DNA of 64,000 bases from Desulfobacterales bacterium (GTDB lineage: Bacteria > Desulfobacterota > Desulfobacteria > Desulfobacterales > UBA2174): assembly GCA_963668645.2 (NCBI GenBank), contig CAXXWC010000010.1, forward strand, positions 160,001 through 224,000, read 5' to 3'. Below, piece after piece: positions 29,118 to 38,583 of the stretch; the stretch's first letter is position 1, and the number at the start of each line of letters is the position of its first letter. Position numbers and translations under genes: made by a program. Below the pieces are notes generated by a model. It was not told the origin of the DNA. It saw only the letters and a program-made list of their open reading frames with translations, and did no database searches.

Positions 29118-31349
29118 ATGGATACGATCCACCACGCCCTGGCCAACCTCGACCAGCGCATCGGAATTCAGGACCGGCGCGGTCCGATCCCCATCGACCG
29201 CTTCTTCCGGCTCCTGGCCGAGGATCCTGCCGGCCTGCTGCGCAGCGTCTTCCAGGTCTTCCACGACATGGTGATGGCTTACGTGAACAGCGGGGAAGAG
29301 ACCTACCCCGAGGATCCGGAGTCCATCGGCTTTTACAACTACGATTGCACCCCGCTTTTCGTCGAAGGCGCCGACCACCCCTTTTTCGCCGACCGGCTTT
29401 TTGCCAACCGCCTGATCAACCAGGTGGCGGCCCTGCGCCGCGGTGCCCAGCAGAACAAGATCTATATTTTCGACGGCCCGGCAGGATGCGGCAAGAGCAC
29501 CTTCTTGAACAACCTGCTGACCAAGTTCGAAATTTACGCCAACAGCGACGCCGGAATGCGCTACGAAACGGTTTGGCGTCTCGACCGGCGGATCCTGGCC
29601 GAGTCCGGGACCGGCATCGATATCCCCATCGAAAAAGACGGTCCGCCCCTGGCTGAAAGCCCCATGGTCGACATCCCCTGCCCCAGCCACGACCACCCCC
29701 TGCTGATCGTTCCCAAAGGGCAACGGCGCGCCTTTCTCGACGAACTGATCGCCGATAAGGAATTCAAGCAGCGGCTCTTCAACGCCAAGGAGTACGACTG
29801 GGTCTTCCGGGCACGGCCCTGCACCATCTGCAGCACCCTGTACGACAGCCTCATGGGCCGCATGGCCAGCATCCAGGCACTGTTCAAGATGCTCTACGCC
29901 CGGCCCTACCGTTTCAACCGGCGCCTGGGCGAAGGGATCAGCGTCTTTAACCCCGGAGACCGGCCGGTCAAGCAGCAGGTGCTCGGCGACGAAACCCTCC
30001 AGCGGCGCATCGACCGGCTGCTGGGGGCCTACGACAAGGTCCGCTACATCTTTTCGCGCTACGCCAGGACCAACGACGGGATCTACGCCCTGATGGACAT
30101 CAAGAGCCACAACGTGGAACGGCTCATCGAACTGCACAACATCATCAGCGAAGGGGTCCACAAGGTCGAGGACATCGAAGAGAACGTCACCTCCCTGTTC
30201 ATCGCCCTGATGAACCCGGAAGACAAGAAAGACATCCAGGACATCCCCTCTTTTTCCGACCGCATCACCTATACCCATATCCCCTATGTGCTCGATCTGA
30301 ATACCGAAGTGCAGATCTACCGCAACATCTTCGGCCGCCAGATCGACGGCAGCTTTTTGCCCCGGACCCTGCACAACTTCGCCCGCGTGGTCATCGCCTC
30401 GCGCCTCAATCCCCAAAGTCCGGCCATGGGCGAATGGATCACGGTGCCGGGCAAATACGTCCGCTTTTGCGACAAGAACCTGCTGCTGCTCAAGATGGAG
30501 ATCTACACCGGCCACATCCCCGAGTGGCTCGACGCCGAAGACCGCAAGAACCTGACCGCCAAGCGGCGCCGCAAGATCATCGCCGAGTCGGCCGGTGAGG
30601 GCCGCACCGGTTTTTCCGGCCGCGATAGCATCAAGATCTTCAACGAATTTTACTCGGCCTACGCCCGGGAACACCGCCTGATCAACATGACCACCTTGCA
30701 CACCTATTTCACCCGAACGCGCAAGGATCTGGGCGAGCAGTTACCCGAGGGGTTGCTCGCCTCGCTGATGGGGATGTACAACTACACCGTGCTGCAGGAA
30801 ATCAAGGAATCGATCTACAACTACAATGAGCAGCAGATCCGCCGCGACATCCAGAACTATATGTTCGCCGTCAACTTCGAACCGGGCACCCAGGTGGTCA
30901 GCACCTTCACCGGAGACCGCCTCACGGTCAACGAGACCCTGCTCCAGGGCATCGAGAACCACCTGCTGGGCAAGGACGCCTCAGATGAGCAGCGGCGCTA
31001 TTTTCGCCGCGAGACCCAGAAGGAATACACCCGCCGCACCCTGCCCCAGGAGATCCAGGTCGCTGGCCGGCCGGCGGCGGAAACCGAGCTCTTCCAATCC
31101 TTGCGGGAACGGTATGTCGGCCACCTCAAGGACAAGGCCCTGGATCCTTTCCTGGACAACGAAAACTTCCGTCTGGCGATCAAGTCTTACGGCACGGAAG
31201 AATTTCGCACCTTCGACGACCGCATCCGCTCGGAGGTGACCTTCCTGATGAACAACCTTATGACCCGCTTTTGCTACGACGACCGGGGCGCCAAGGAAGT
31301 GTGCATCTACGTCATCGACCAGGATCTGGCCCGCCACTTTGCCCGCTAG
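29118..31349 (+). CDS. Second PrkA/YeaG-family AAA+ protein
   Basis: GAQQNKIYIFDGPAGCGKS, CPSHDHP, PCTIC, DRI..IPYVL, GFSGR. Confidence 0.8.
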   Translation: MDTIHHALANLDQRIGIQDRRGPIPIDRFFRLLAEDPAGLLRSVFQVFHDMVMAYVNSGEETYPEDPESIGFYNYDCTPLFVEGADHPFFADRLFANRLINQVAALRRGAQQNKIYIFDGPAGCGKSTFLNNLLTKFEIYANSDAGMRYETVWRLDRRILAESGTGIDIPIEKDGPPLAESPMVDIPCPSHDHPLLIVPKGQRRAFLDELIADKEFKQRLFNAKEYDWVFRARPCTICSTLYDSLMGRMASIQALFKMLYARPYRFNRRLGEGISVFNPGDRPVKQQVLGDETLQRRIDRLLGAYDKVRYIFSRYARTNDGIYALMDIKSHNVERLIELHNIISEGVHKVEDIEENVTSLFIALMNPEDKKDIQDIPSFSDRITYTHIPYVLDLNTEVQIYRNIFGRQIDGSFLPRTLHNFARVVIASRLNPQSPAMGEWITVPGKYVRFCDKNLLLLKMEIYTGHIPEWLDAEDRKNLTAKRRRKIIAESAGEGRTGFSGRDSIKIFNEFYSAYAREHRLINMTTLHTYFTRTRKDLGEQLPEGLLASLMGMYNYTVLQEIKESIYNYNEQQIRRDIQNYMFAVNFEPGTQVVSTFTGDRLTVNETLLQGIENHLLGKDASDEQRRYFRRETQKEYTRRTLPQEIQVAGRPAAETELFQSLRERYVGHLKDKALDPFLDNENFRLAIKSYGTEEFRTFDDRIRSEVTFLMNNLMTRFCYDDRGAKEVCIYVIDQDLARHFAR

Positions 31350-31533
31350 TGGCATCTTTGGCCGAATGCGGTATGATGCCCGGGACCTGCGCGGAACCCG
31401 GAAGACGCCGGTTTTCCGAAACGGATGCCGATCCGGCGGCTCTGTAAGTGCAGCCCGAGGCTTTGGATGATGCCGGGGCCTGGAACGATATGGAAACAAA
31501 TGCCAACCGTAACGCAGTGAAAGGAAAAGGTGC

Positions 31534-32502
31534 ATGTCCTCAAACGATGTCTATGACCTGGTGATCGTGGGCGGCGGCCCGGGGGGGTTGACCGCCGGCA
31601 TCTACGCCATGCGCGCCGCGCTCAAGACCGTCCTGGTGGAAAAAGGCCCCCCCGGCGGGCAGGTAACCCTCTCGGACGAGGTGGAAAACTGGCCGGGCAC
31701 CGAACATATCGGCGGGGCCGAGCTGGCCATGAACATGTACAACCATGCCCAGTCCTACGGCCTGGAGATTCTCAACCAGCAGGTCACCGTGGTCGAACCG
31801 GGCCTCGATCTGCACCAGGTGCGCCTGGACAGCGGCCAGATCCTCAAGGCCCATGCCGTGATCCTGAGCACAGGGGGACAGCCGCGCAAGCTGGGGATCC
31901 CCGGCGAGGCCGAATACTACGGCAAAGGGGTGTCGTACTGCGCGGTGTGCGACGGGTTCTTTTTCCGCGGCAAGACGGTGATGGTGATCGGCGGCGGGGA
32001 CAGCGCCGTGGAAGAATCCCTCTATCTGGCCAAGCTGGCCAAGCGGGTCTACATCGCCCACCGGCGCGATGCGCTGCGGGCCAGCCGTATTTTGCAGCAG
32101 CGCGCCGAAGCCGACTGCAACATCGAAATCCTCTGGAACACAATCCCGGTGGAAATCCACGCCGATGAGGGCGGGGTCAACCGCATCTCACTGCAGGATA
32201 CCCGCAGCGGTGAAAAGCGGGAGATGGCCCTGGACGGGGTCTTCGTCTTCATCGGTTTTGAACCCGACAACACCCTGGTGCCGGCCGGAATCAAGCAGAA
32301 CCCCCTGGGCTATGTCATCACCGATGAAAAATGTGAGACCGCCATCCCCGGCATCTTCGCCGTGGGCGACCTGCGCGAAAAATACGCCCGCCAGATCGTC
32401 ACCGCCGCTGCCGACGGCGCGGTGGCAGCCCTGGCCGCGGCCCATTACGTCGAAACCCGCAAAGCGGCCGAAGCCGACACCTGCGCCCTGCCGGAAGAAT
32501 AG
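31534..32502 (+). CDS. trxB: Thioredoxin-disulfide reductase
   Basis: GGGPGGLTAGIY, GKGVSYCAVCDG, GGGDSAVEE, HRRD, GIFAVGD. Confidence 0.97.
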   Translation: MSSNDVYDLVIVGGGPGGLTAGIYAMRAALKTVLVEKGPPGGQVTLSDEVENWPGTEHIGGAELAMNMYNHAQSYGLEILNQQVTVVEPGLDLHQVRLDSGQILKAHAVILSTGGQPRKLGIPGEAEYYGKGVSYCAVCDGFFFRGKTVMVIGGGDSAVEESLYLAKLAKRVYIAHRRDALRASRILQQRAEADCNIEILWNTIPVEIHADEGGVNRISLQDTRSGEKREMALDGVFVFIGFEPDNTLVPAGIKQNPLGYVITDEKCETAIPGIFAVGDLREKYARQIVTAAADGAVAALAAAHYVETRKAAEADTCALPEE

Positions 32503-32701
32503 CCCTTCAGATCCGACCTGCCGGGGAGGGGCTCCTCCCTCCCCGTGCAGGACTGGTCCCTGTGAGGCCCTTCCCGTGTCATCCCGAACGCCAGTGAGGC
32601 GGTCTGCAGTTGCGCATAAATACAGGGACGCGGCATCCTCCTGCCCAAACTGATGAACGGGGAGGTGGCGGTATGCTATTTCCATCGATACCGACAATTG
32701 G

Positions 32702-32842
32702 GATGATGTGCAGCGGGCGGCGGCGCAGGCCGATCCCGTCGGCTATGTGGCCGATCTGCCACGACAGGTGGTGCTGGAGGAAGTTCAGCGGGCCCCGGAA
32801 TTGTTCACCGCCCTGAAGGTGGCGGTGGATGCCCGCCGGGAA
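32702..32842 (+). pseudogene. Internal fragment of an AAA_14/DUF4143-type ATPase gene
   Basis: Hand translation DDVQRAAAQADPVGYVADLPRQVVLEEVQRAPELFTALKVAVDARRE resembles the Walker B region (..LDEVQR.PELF..LK..VD) of that family; no start or Walker A. Confidence 0.6.
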
Positions 32843-33246
32843 CAAAGAAGCCAGGGAATTGGTACTGCCGGAACCGAAAATTGAAGAAATCGGTCTACGC
32901 CTCCGCTTTACTGTCTATTTGGCCAAACCGCATCGTGTACAGGCAGATACCCCCCTGATAGGGAACCAAGTCGCGGCCAGAGTCAGGGGTAGAGTCAAAA
33001 ATGTCTGTACAGGTTATCGCTCTCTTGAAAGAAGGGCCTTTTTCCAAGTCAGAAATAGCAAAACGGTTTGGCAAATCCAAACCAACCCGCTATCTTAATG
33101 ATTTGATGGCCAGATTGTTGCGTGAAGAATATGTGGAATACACCATACCGGATAAACCCAATAGCCGTTTGCAGAAGTATCGGTTGACCGAAAAAGGGAA
33201 AACCGCATTGAAGGTGGAACTGATGAACGGAGAAATCCGCATATGA
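32843..33246 (+). pseudogene. 3' remnant of a RecG-like/ATP-binding regulator gene with C-terminal wHTH (Fic-like C-terminal domain)
   Basis: LPEPKIEEIGLRLRFTVYL, then a frameshift, ESGVES low-complexity linker and EYTIPDKPNSRLQKYRLT; ORF 33001-33246 overlaps the next gene by ATGA. Confidence 0.65.
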
Positions 33247-34391
33247 GTGAAACCGTCTTCACCAAGGTCGATCATGATTTGGGAACGCTGATCAAGTCTA
33301 TCGCTTTAGGCGTTATCGGATTACCGGATATTCAGCGGCCGTTTGTCTGGAAAAATGCTAAAGTCCGCGACCTTTTCGACTCCATGTATCGCGGCTATCC
33401 GGTCGGCTACCTGCTATTCTGGCAGAACGCCCTGGCAACCGACACTCGTACCATCGGCGTTGATTCCAAGCAAAAACCGCCACGGTTGGTCATCGTCGAT
33501 GGCCAGCAACGGTTGACCTCGCTCTATGCGGTCATCAGGGGAATCCGGGTGTTGCGGCAAAACTTCGAACACGAAACCATCCAGATTGCCTTCAACCCAT
33601 TGATGGAGAAGTTCGAGGTGGCAGATGCCGCCATTAGGCGCGACAAGAGCTATCTGCCTGACATTTCCACACTTTGGAGCGAAAAGACCGATCTTTTCGA
33701 GGTGGTGGATGATTACCTGTCAGGATTGTCCTCTACACGTGAGGTGAGCGAGCAGGAGAAAAGACAGATCCGGAAGGCGATTAGCAAACTCCAAGGACTG
33801 TTGAGCTTTCCCTTCACCGCCCTGGAACTTGACGCAAACATTTCCGAGGAAGACGTTTCCGACGTTTTTGTTCGTGTCAACAGCAAAGGGACGCCGCTCA
33901 ATCAGGCGGATTTCATCCTGACCCTTATGTCGGTTTTCTGGGATGACGGGCGGGCCGAGTTGGAACGATTTAGCCGGGAAGCCAGAAAACCCAGCAAAGG
34001 AGTGGCTTCACCTTACAACTATTTTATCGAACCGTCTCCGGATCAGCTTTTGCGAGTCAGTGTCGGGATAGCTTTCAAGCGGGCCCGTCTCAAGTATGTT
34101 TACTCGATTCTGCGGGGCAAGGACCTTGAAACCGAGCAATTCAGCGACGACCGGCGACTTGACCAATTCGAGCTGCTGAAGAACGCTCAGAAACGGGTGG
34201 TCAACCTTCAGTACTGGCATGACTTCATGGCCTGCCTTCGCTTGGCTGGATTCCGAAGCGCGGCAATGATCAGTTCGAAGAATAATCTGCTATTTTCTTA
34301 TCTGCTCTACTTGATGGGACGGCGGTGGACCCAATTATTTGGACAGCCTGGTTGGTAGAATAAGCTCCAAGCCGGTTCTGGTATCCGGACA

Positions 34392-35228
34392 TCAGGCAGC
34401 CCCAGCCATGGTGGCAGGCAAACCGTAATAAACATCATCCGGTGTTCTGCCGTCAAGTTTTTGATGAGGGCGCTCCTGGTTGTAAAACGAGAACCACTTA
34501 TCGAGCCCCCGGCGAAGTTCGTTTCCGTTGTCAAAAGCGTGTAGGTAGATGTAGTCGTATTTCAGTGTCCACCACAGTCGTTCAATAAAGATGTTATCCT
34601 GGCAGCGGCCCCGGCCGTCCATGGAGATGGCCACCTGGTGGTCCCTGAGCCGTTCAGTAAAGATCGTGCTGGTAAACTGGGAGCCTTGGTCGGTGTTGAA
34701 AATCTGCGGTTTGTCATAGCGCGCCAGGGCCTCTTCCAGGGCCTCGACGCAAAAGTCGGCCTCCATCGTATTCGACACGCGCCAGGACAGCGTCTTTCGG
34801 CTGTACCAGTCAATGATGGCCACAAGATACATATAGCCCCGGCGCATCGGGATGTAGGTGATATCGGCCGACCACACTTGGTTGGGCCGCTCGATGGCCA
34901 CACCTCGCAGCAGGTACGGATAGACTTTATGCCCGGGATGAGGCTGTGTGGTTCGTGGCCGCGGGTAGATCGCCTTAAGGCCCATCAGTCGCATCAGGCG
35001 CTGGATCCGCTTGCGATTCTTTTTCATGCCATGATGCCGCCAGAGCCAATCGGCCATCTTGCGGCTGCCCCAGGTCGGTGTCTTGAGGAACTGTTCGTCA
35101 ATCAGGCGCATCAGCGCCAAGTCCTCGGGCTTGATCGGCTTGCATTTGTAGTAAAATGAGGAACGGCAAATGTTCAGCATGTCACATTGGCGTACGATGC
35201 TCAGCTTCTCGTGAGATGGATCGATCAT
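34392..35228 (-). CDS. IS3 transposase OrfB (DDE), joined to OrfA by -1 frameshift
   Basis: WSADITY, NTDQGSQF, DNIFIERLW, YNQERPH; slippery T TTT TTA at 35270-35276 with the -1 frame open into OrfB. Confidence 0.92.
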   Translation of the reverse strand: MIDPSHEKLSIVRQCDMLNICRSSFYYKCKPIKPEDLALMRLIDEQFLKTPTWGSRKMADWLWRHHGMKKNRKRIQRLMRLMGLKAIYPRPRTTQPHPGHKVYPYLLRGVAIERPNQVWSADITYIPMRRGYMYLVAIIDWYSRKTLSWRVSNTMEADFCVEALEEALARYDKPQIFNTDQGSQFTSTIFTERLRDHQVAISMDGRGRCQDNIFIERLWWTLKYDYIYLHAFDNGNELRRGLDKWFSFYNQERPHQKLDGRTPDDVYYGLPATMAGAA

Positions 35229-35248
35229 ATCACGGCGCAGGTCGCGCT

Positions 35249-35530
35249 TCAGGAGCCGAGCTTGCGTGATAAAAAATCGTTTTCCACCTTAAGCTGGCCG
35301 ATCTGGCGGTACAGTTCGCCGACCTGGACATCAGTGACCTGCTTGCCTCTGCGCCCTTTCTCGAAGATGTCGGCGGCCCCGTCGAGCAGCTCCCTTTTCC
35401 AGGTGCTGATCATGGTCGGGTGGATATCGAAGCGTTTGGCCAGCTCAGCCAGTGTTTGCTCATTGCGTAAGGCAGCCAAGGCGACCTTGGCCTTGAATTC
35501 GGGTTTGTACTGTCGACGTTTGGTACTCAT
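35249..35530 (-). CDS. IS3 transposase OrfA (HTH)
   Basis: KRRQYKPEFKAKVAL..LAELAKRFDIHP..WK..LYRQIGQLKVENDFL; RBS AAAGGAGG. Confidence 0.92.
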   Translation of the reverse strand: MSTKRRQYKPEFKAKVALAALRNEQTLAELAKRFDIHPTMISTWKRELLDGAADIFEKGRRGKQVTDVQVGELYRQIGQLKVENDFLSRKLGS

Positions 35531-37057
35531 GGTCAGATCCTCCTTTTTCGGTCTGACTTAGAGCTTACACCATTGTCCAGTTTTTGGGGACCACCGCCGA
35601 CGGACCGAATATGGTGTGCCGGAATTCGACTTACGCGGGGTCATTGCCAGGTGGTTTTTCATGTCGAGTGTGACCGGGCGATTCACAGGGTCGCCGGAGT
35701 CGGCCATGGAGTTCGATCTGGCCCGTTTCCGGGAAGTGAAAAGCGCCGATGAGTTCATCGACACCCTGAATCAGGTCTGCGACATCACCCTGACGAGCGA
35801 TTTCTGGAATGTGACCCTTCCCAACGATTTGGCGACTTCATCGCCCCGGAGCCCGTCCCTGTTCGCTTTTCAGGCGGCACAGGTGATTCTTGATGCACGG
35901 GTGCTTTTCTCGAAAACGAGGGTGAGCGATCTCTTGGACCCGGCCCTGCATGCCCATCGCTCCGCCGTTGAACGGCATCATCTTTTTCCGAAAAGCTATC
36001 TCAAGACCCTCGGTGTAACCGAGATTCGGGATACCAATCAGATCGCTAACTTTGCCCTTGTTGAGTGGATCGATAATAGCCAGATTTCCGGCAGGGCCCC
36101 GGCTGAGTATCTGCCTGATATGACAAAACGTATCGCTCCTGCCGAGATAGGCCGGATGTATCACTGGCACGCCCTGCCGAATGGCTGGGAGACCATGGAA
36201 TACAAGGTTTTTCTGGAAGCCAGGCGTGACAAAATGGCGCAGGTGATTCGTGAGGGTTTTGAAGAATTGTCGAAATCGGAAGCCTCTGTGCTCACCCCAC
36301 CATTTAAGATCGATTTGGAAAAAATCGTGGCGAATGGTGAATCTGCAATGGTCGAATTCAAGTCAACGCTGCGGACAAATCTTCATACGGGTGATAGGGA
36401 CTCACGCATGGAGGCGGCAGTGCTGAAGACCATTGCCGGTTTTCTCAATACCAATGGCGGTGATCTGATAATCGGCATGTCCGATGGCGGCACATCTGTC
36501 GGGATTGAAAGAGACGGATTTGGCAATGAGGACAAGATGAGTCTGCACCTGGTCAACTTAGTCAATTCACGATTAGGGCCGCATGCGATGACCTGTATCC
36601 ATTCGCATTTTGAGGACCACGATGGCAAGCGGGTGTTGGTAGTGCATTGTAGCAAGTCGCCTGCTGCCATATTCGTCAAGGATGGTTCGATAGAAAAATT
36701 CTATATACGGACCGGCCCGTCTACCACCGAACTGAGTGCCAGTCAGACGCAGGACTATATCGGCAAGCGATTCGGGAAATGACGCTTTGCGAAGCATGAA
36801 GCTTGAATAAGTATGATCTCAATAATCTCCTCGTCCAAACGCTCGGCACATCGAAGCTCGGCCGAAAGATCTGTACTCTTGTAATACCACCGGCATGGTA
36901 ATCCTGCTCTGAGTTGCCAATGCCAGCAAGGTACAAGTCGAAGCACAAGTCGATCTGAAAATTTTGCAGGCATGTGCAAGCGTCCCCTCTCATCGGCGGA
37001 AATCACAGCGACGCTGTGGACGGGTGGACTGGCTGGGTTGGATGATCGGAGGATCCC

Positions 37058-37708
37058 ATGTCTGAACTGATCCCCAAACACGGCGGCTATCGCAAGCTGA
37101 AAAGCTTTCAGGTGGCACAACTGGTCTATGACTTGACCGTGCGGTTTTGCGGCAAATACATTGACCGGCGCAGCCGCACCCACGATCAGATGGTCCAGGC
37201 GGCGCGGTCGGGCGTGCAGAATATTGCCGAAGGTTCGCAAGCGTCGGCGACGTCGAAGAAGACCGAACTCAAGCTCACCCAGGTGGCCCGCGCCAGCCTG
37301 GAAGAGCTGAAACTCGACTACGAGGATTTCCTGAGGCAGAGGGGCGCACCGCAATGGGAGCGGGAAAATCCACTCCGGCAGGAGTTGATCGACCGGCGGT
37401 GTCAAACCGCCGATGAGGTGGCTGCCTGGGTGGTTGAAGTGGCGAAAAGAGGTGGACAAGCTGGACATGGTGGACGGAGTGGACAGACTTCTGATCCAGG
37501 CTCGCCGTCCACCGGGTCCACAGGGTCCACACTGTCCTCAAAAACCTACCCCGAGCTTTCCGCCAATGCCGCGCTCGTTCTGGTGGCAGTGGCCTGCGCC
37601 CTCCTCGACCGGCAGGTAGAACGACTGGCGACCGATTTCGAAAACCAAGGCGGTTTTACCGAGCGCCTTTATCACGTTCGCAAGGCACATCGGAAAAAAC
37701 AGGGGTAG
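37058..37708 (+). CDS. Four-helix-bundle (suffix domain) protein
   Basis: GGYRKLKSFQ, DQMVQAARSGVQNIAEGS, ARASLEELKLDYEDFLRQRG, GGFTERLY; RBS GGAGG. Confidence 0.88.
   Translation: MSELIPKHGGYRKLKSFQVAQLVYDLTVRFCGKYIDRRSRTHDQMVQAARSGVQNIAEGSQASATSKKTELKLTQVARASLEELKLDYEDFLRQRGAPQWERENPLRQELIDRRCQTADEVAAWVVEVAKRGGQAGHGGRSGQTSDPGSPSTGSTGSTLSSKTYPELSANAALVLVAVACALLDRQVERLATDFENQGGFTERLYHVRKAHRKKQG
37452..37539. repeat. Inverted pair of 9-nt-period tandem repeats within the CDS
   Basis: (G/C)TGGAC at 37452, 37461, 37470, 37479; GTCCAC at 37507, 37516, 37525 and GTCCTC at 37534. Confidence 0.85.
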
Positions 37709-37714
37709 AAAGCC

Positions 37715-38536
37715 TCACGCCCCGGGAAATTCCGGCTTGCGCTTTTCCATGAAGGCCGTGATGGCCTCGGTCAGGTCGTCGGAAGGGATGATGTTGGCGC
37801 TGCGCGAGGCGACATACTTGAGCCCGTCGTCCACCGATTTTCCGATCCCGAAGTTCATCACTTCCTTGGTGGCCTGCACCGCCAGCGGGCTGTTGGCGGC
37901 GATGCGGCGGGCCAGGTCCTCGGCCCCGGCCATCAGGGCCGCCCAATTGGCATAAATTTCGTTGACCAGCAGGATCTCCCGGGCCCGGGCCGCATCGATG
38001 TTGCCCGCCGTGTAGGCCAGCTCCCGGGCCATGCCCTGGCCCACGATGAGCGGCAGCCGTTGGAGAACGCCCACGTCGGCCACGAAGGCCACCGCCGCCT
38101 CGCGCAGGGAAAAGACGGCGTCCGCACAGCAGATCCGGATGTCGCAGGCCGTAGCCAGATCGAGCCCGGCCCCCACGCAGTAGCCGTGGATGGCGGCGAT
38201 CACCGGCTTGGCGCAGCGTTCGATGCAGGTCATGGTCTCCTGCAAGGGGTAGATTTTGTTCAGAAGTCTGCGTTTGACCCCGCCCTTTTGTTCTTTTTCC
38301 ATCAGCTCGGGCAGTTCGGCGGCCATGGCCATCAGGTCGATTCCGGCGCAGAAAGCCTCACCGCGGGCCGCCACGATCACGGCCCGGACGGCATCGTCCG
38401 CATCCAGGTCGGCCATGATGGGCGGCAGCTCGCGCCAGGCCGGCGGATTCATGGCGTTCTTCTTTTGCGGCCGGTTGAGCCATACCCAGGCCAGGGGAGG
38501 ATTCTTGACCACCTCGTAGAACTGATGGGTGCTCAT
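37715..38536 (-). CDS. Enoyl-CoA hydratase/isomerase (crotonase) family protein
   Basis: LNRPQKKNAM, FCAGIDL, KPVIAAIHGYCVGAG, ADVGVLQRLP; ATG 38536 after AAAGGAG. Confidence 0.92.
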   Translation of the reverse strand: MSTHQFYEVVKNPPLAWVWLNRPQKKNAMNPPAWRELPPIMADLDADDAVRAVIVAARGEAFCAGIDLMAMAAELPELMEKEQKGGVKRRLLNKIYPLQETMTCIERCAKPVIAAIHGYCVGAGLDLATACDIRICCADAVFSLREAAVAFVADVGVLQRLPLIVGQGMARELAYTAGNIDAARAREILLVNEIYANWAALMAGAEDLARRIAANSPLAVQATKEVMNFGIGKSVDDGLKYVASRSANIIPSDDLTEAITAFMEKRKPEFPGA

Positions 38537-38583
38537 GGGCACTCCTTTCTGAGACGAAAACCGGAATTTGGGGTCGATTCCTG

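Larger units (their letters stand above)
34321..35598 (-). mobile_element. IS3-family insertion sequence, 1278 bp
   Basis: Imperfect 25-bp terminal IRs GGCGGTGGACCCAATTATTTGGACA / rc GGCGGTGGTCCCCAAAAACTGGACA; 3-bp target duplication GAC (34318-34320, 35599-35601); orfA and orfB. Confidence 0.92.
33243..36782 (+). pseudogene. GmrSD-type (DUF262 + HNH/DUF1524-like) nuclease fused to a C-terminal Schlafen/AlbA_2 domain, interrupted by IS3
   Basis: PDIQRPFVW, DGQQRLTSL, FVRVNSKG; ERHHLFPK..NQIANFALV..DN; GESAMVEFKS..IAGFLNTNGGDLIIG..YIRTGPST. Removing 34321-35601 restores one frame (LMG-R-TEYGVPEF), 752 aa. Confidence 0.85.

Noticed and set aside
32517..32551. GC-rich hairpin after trxB as a terminator or attachment site
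   Set aside because: No U-tract, and no matching repeat found at the other end of the island
36783..37000. Possible gene fragment between gmrSD and the four-helix-bundle gene
   Set aside because: No frame gave a motif I recognise
37058..37708. Diversity-generating retroelement suggested by the Avd-like four-helix bundle
   Set aside because: No reverse transcriptase and no TR/VR pair in the window; the NTase fragment differences are not adenine-specific
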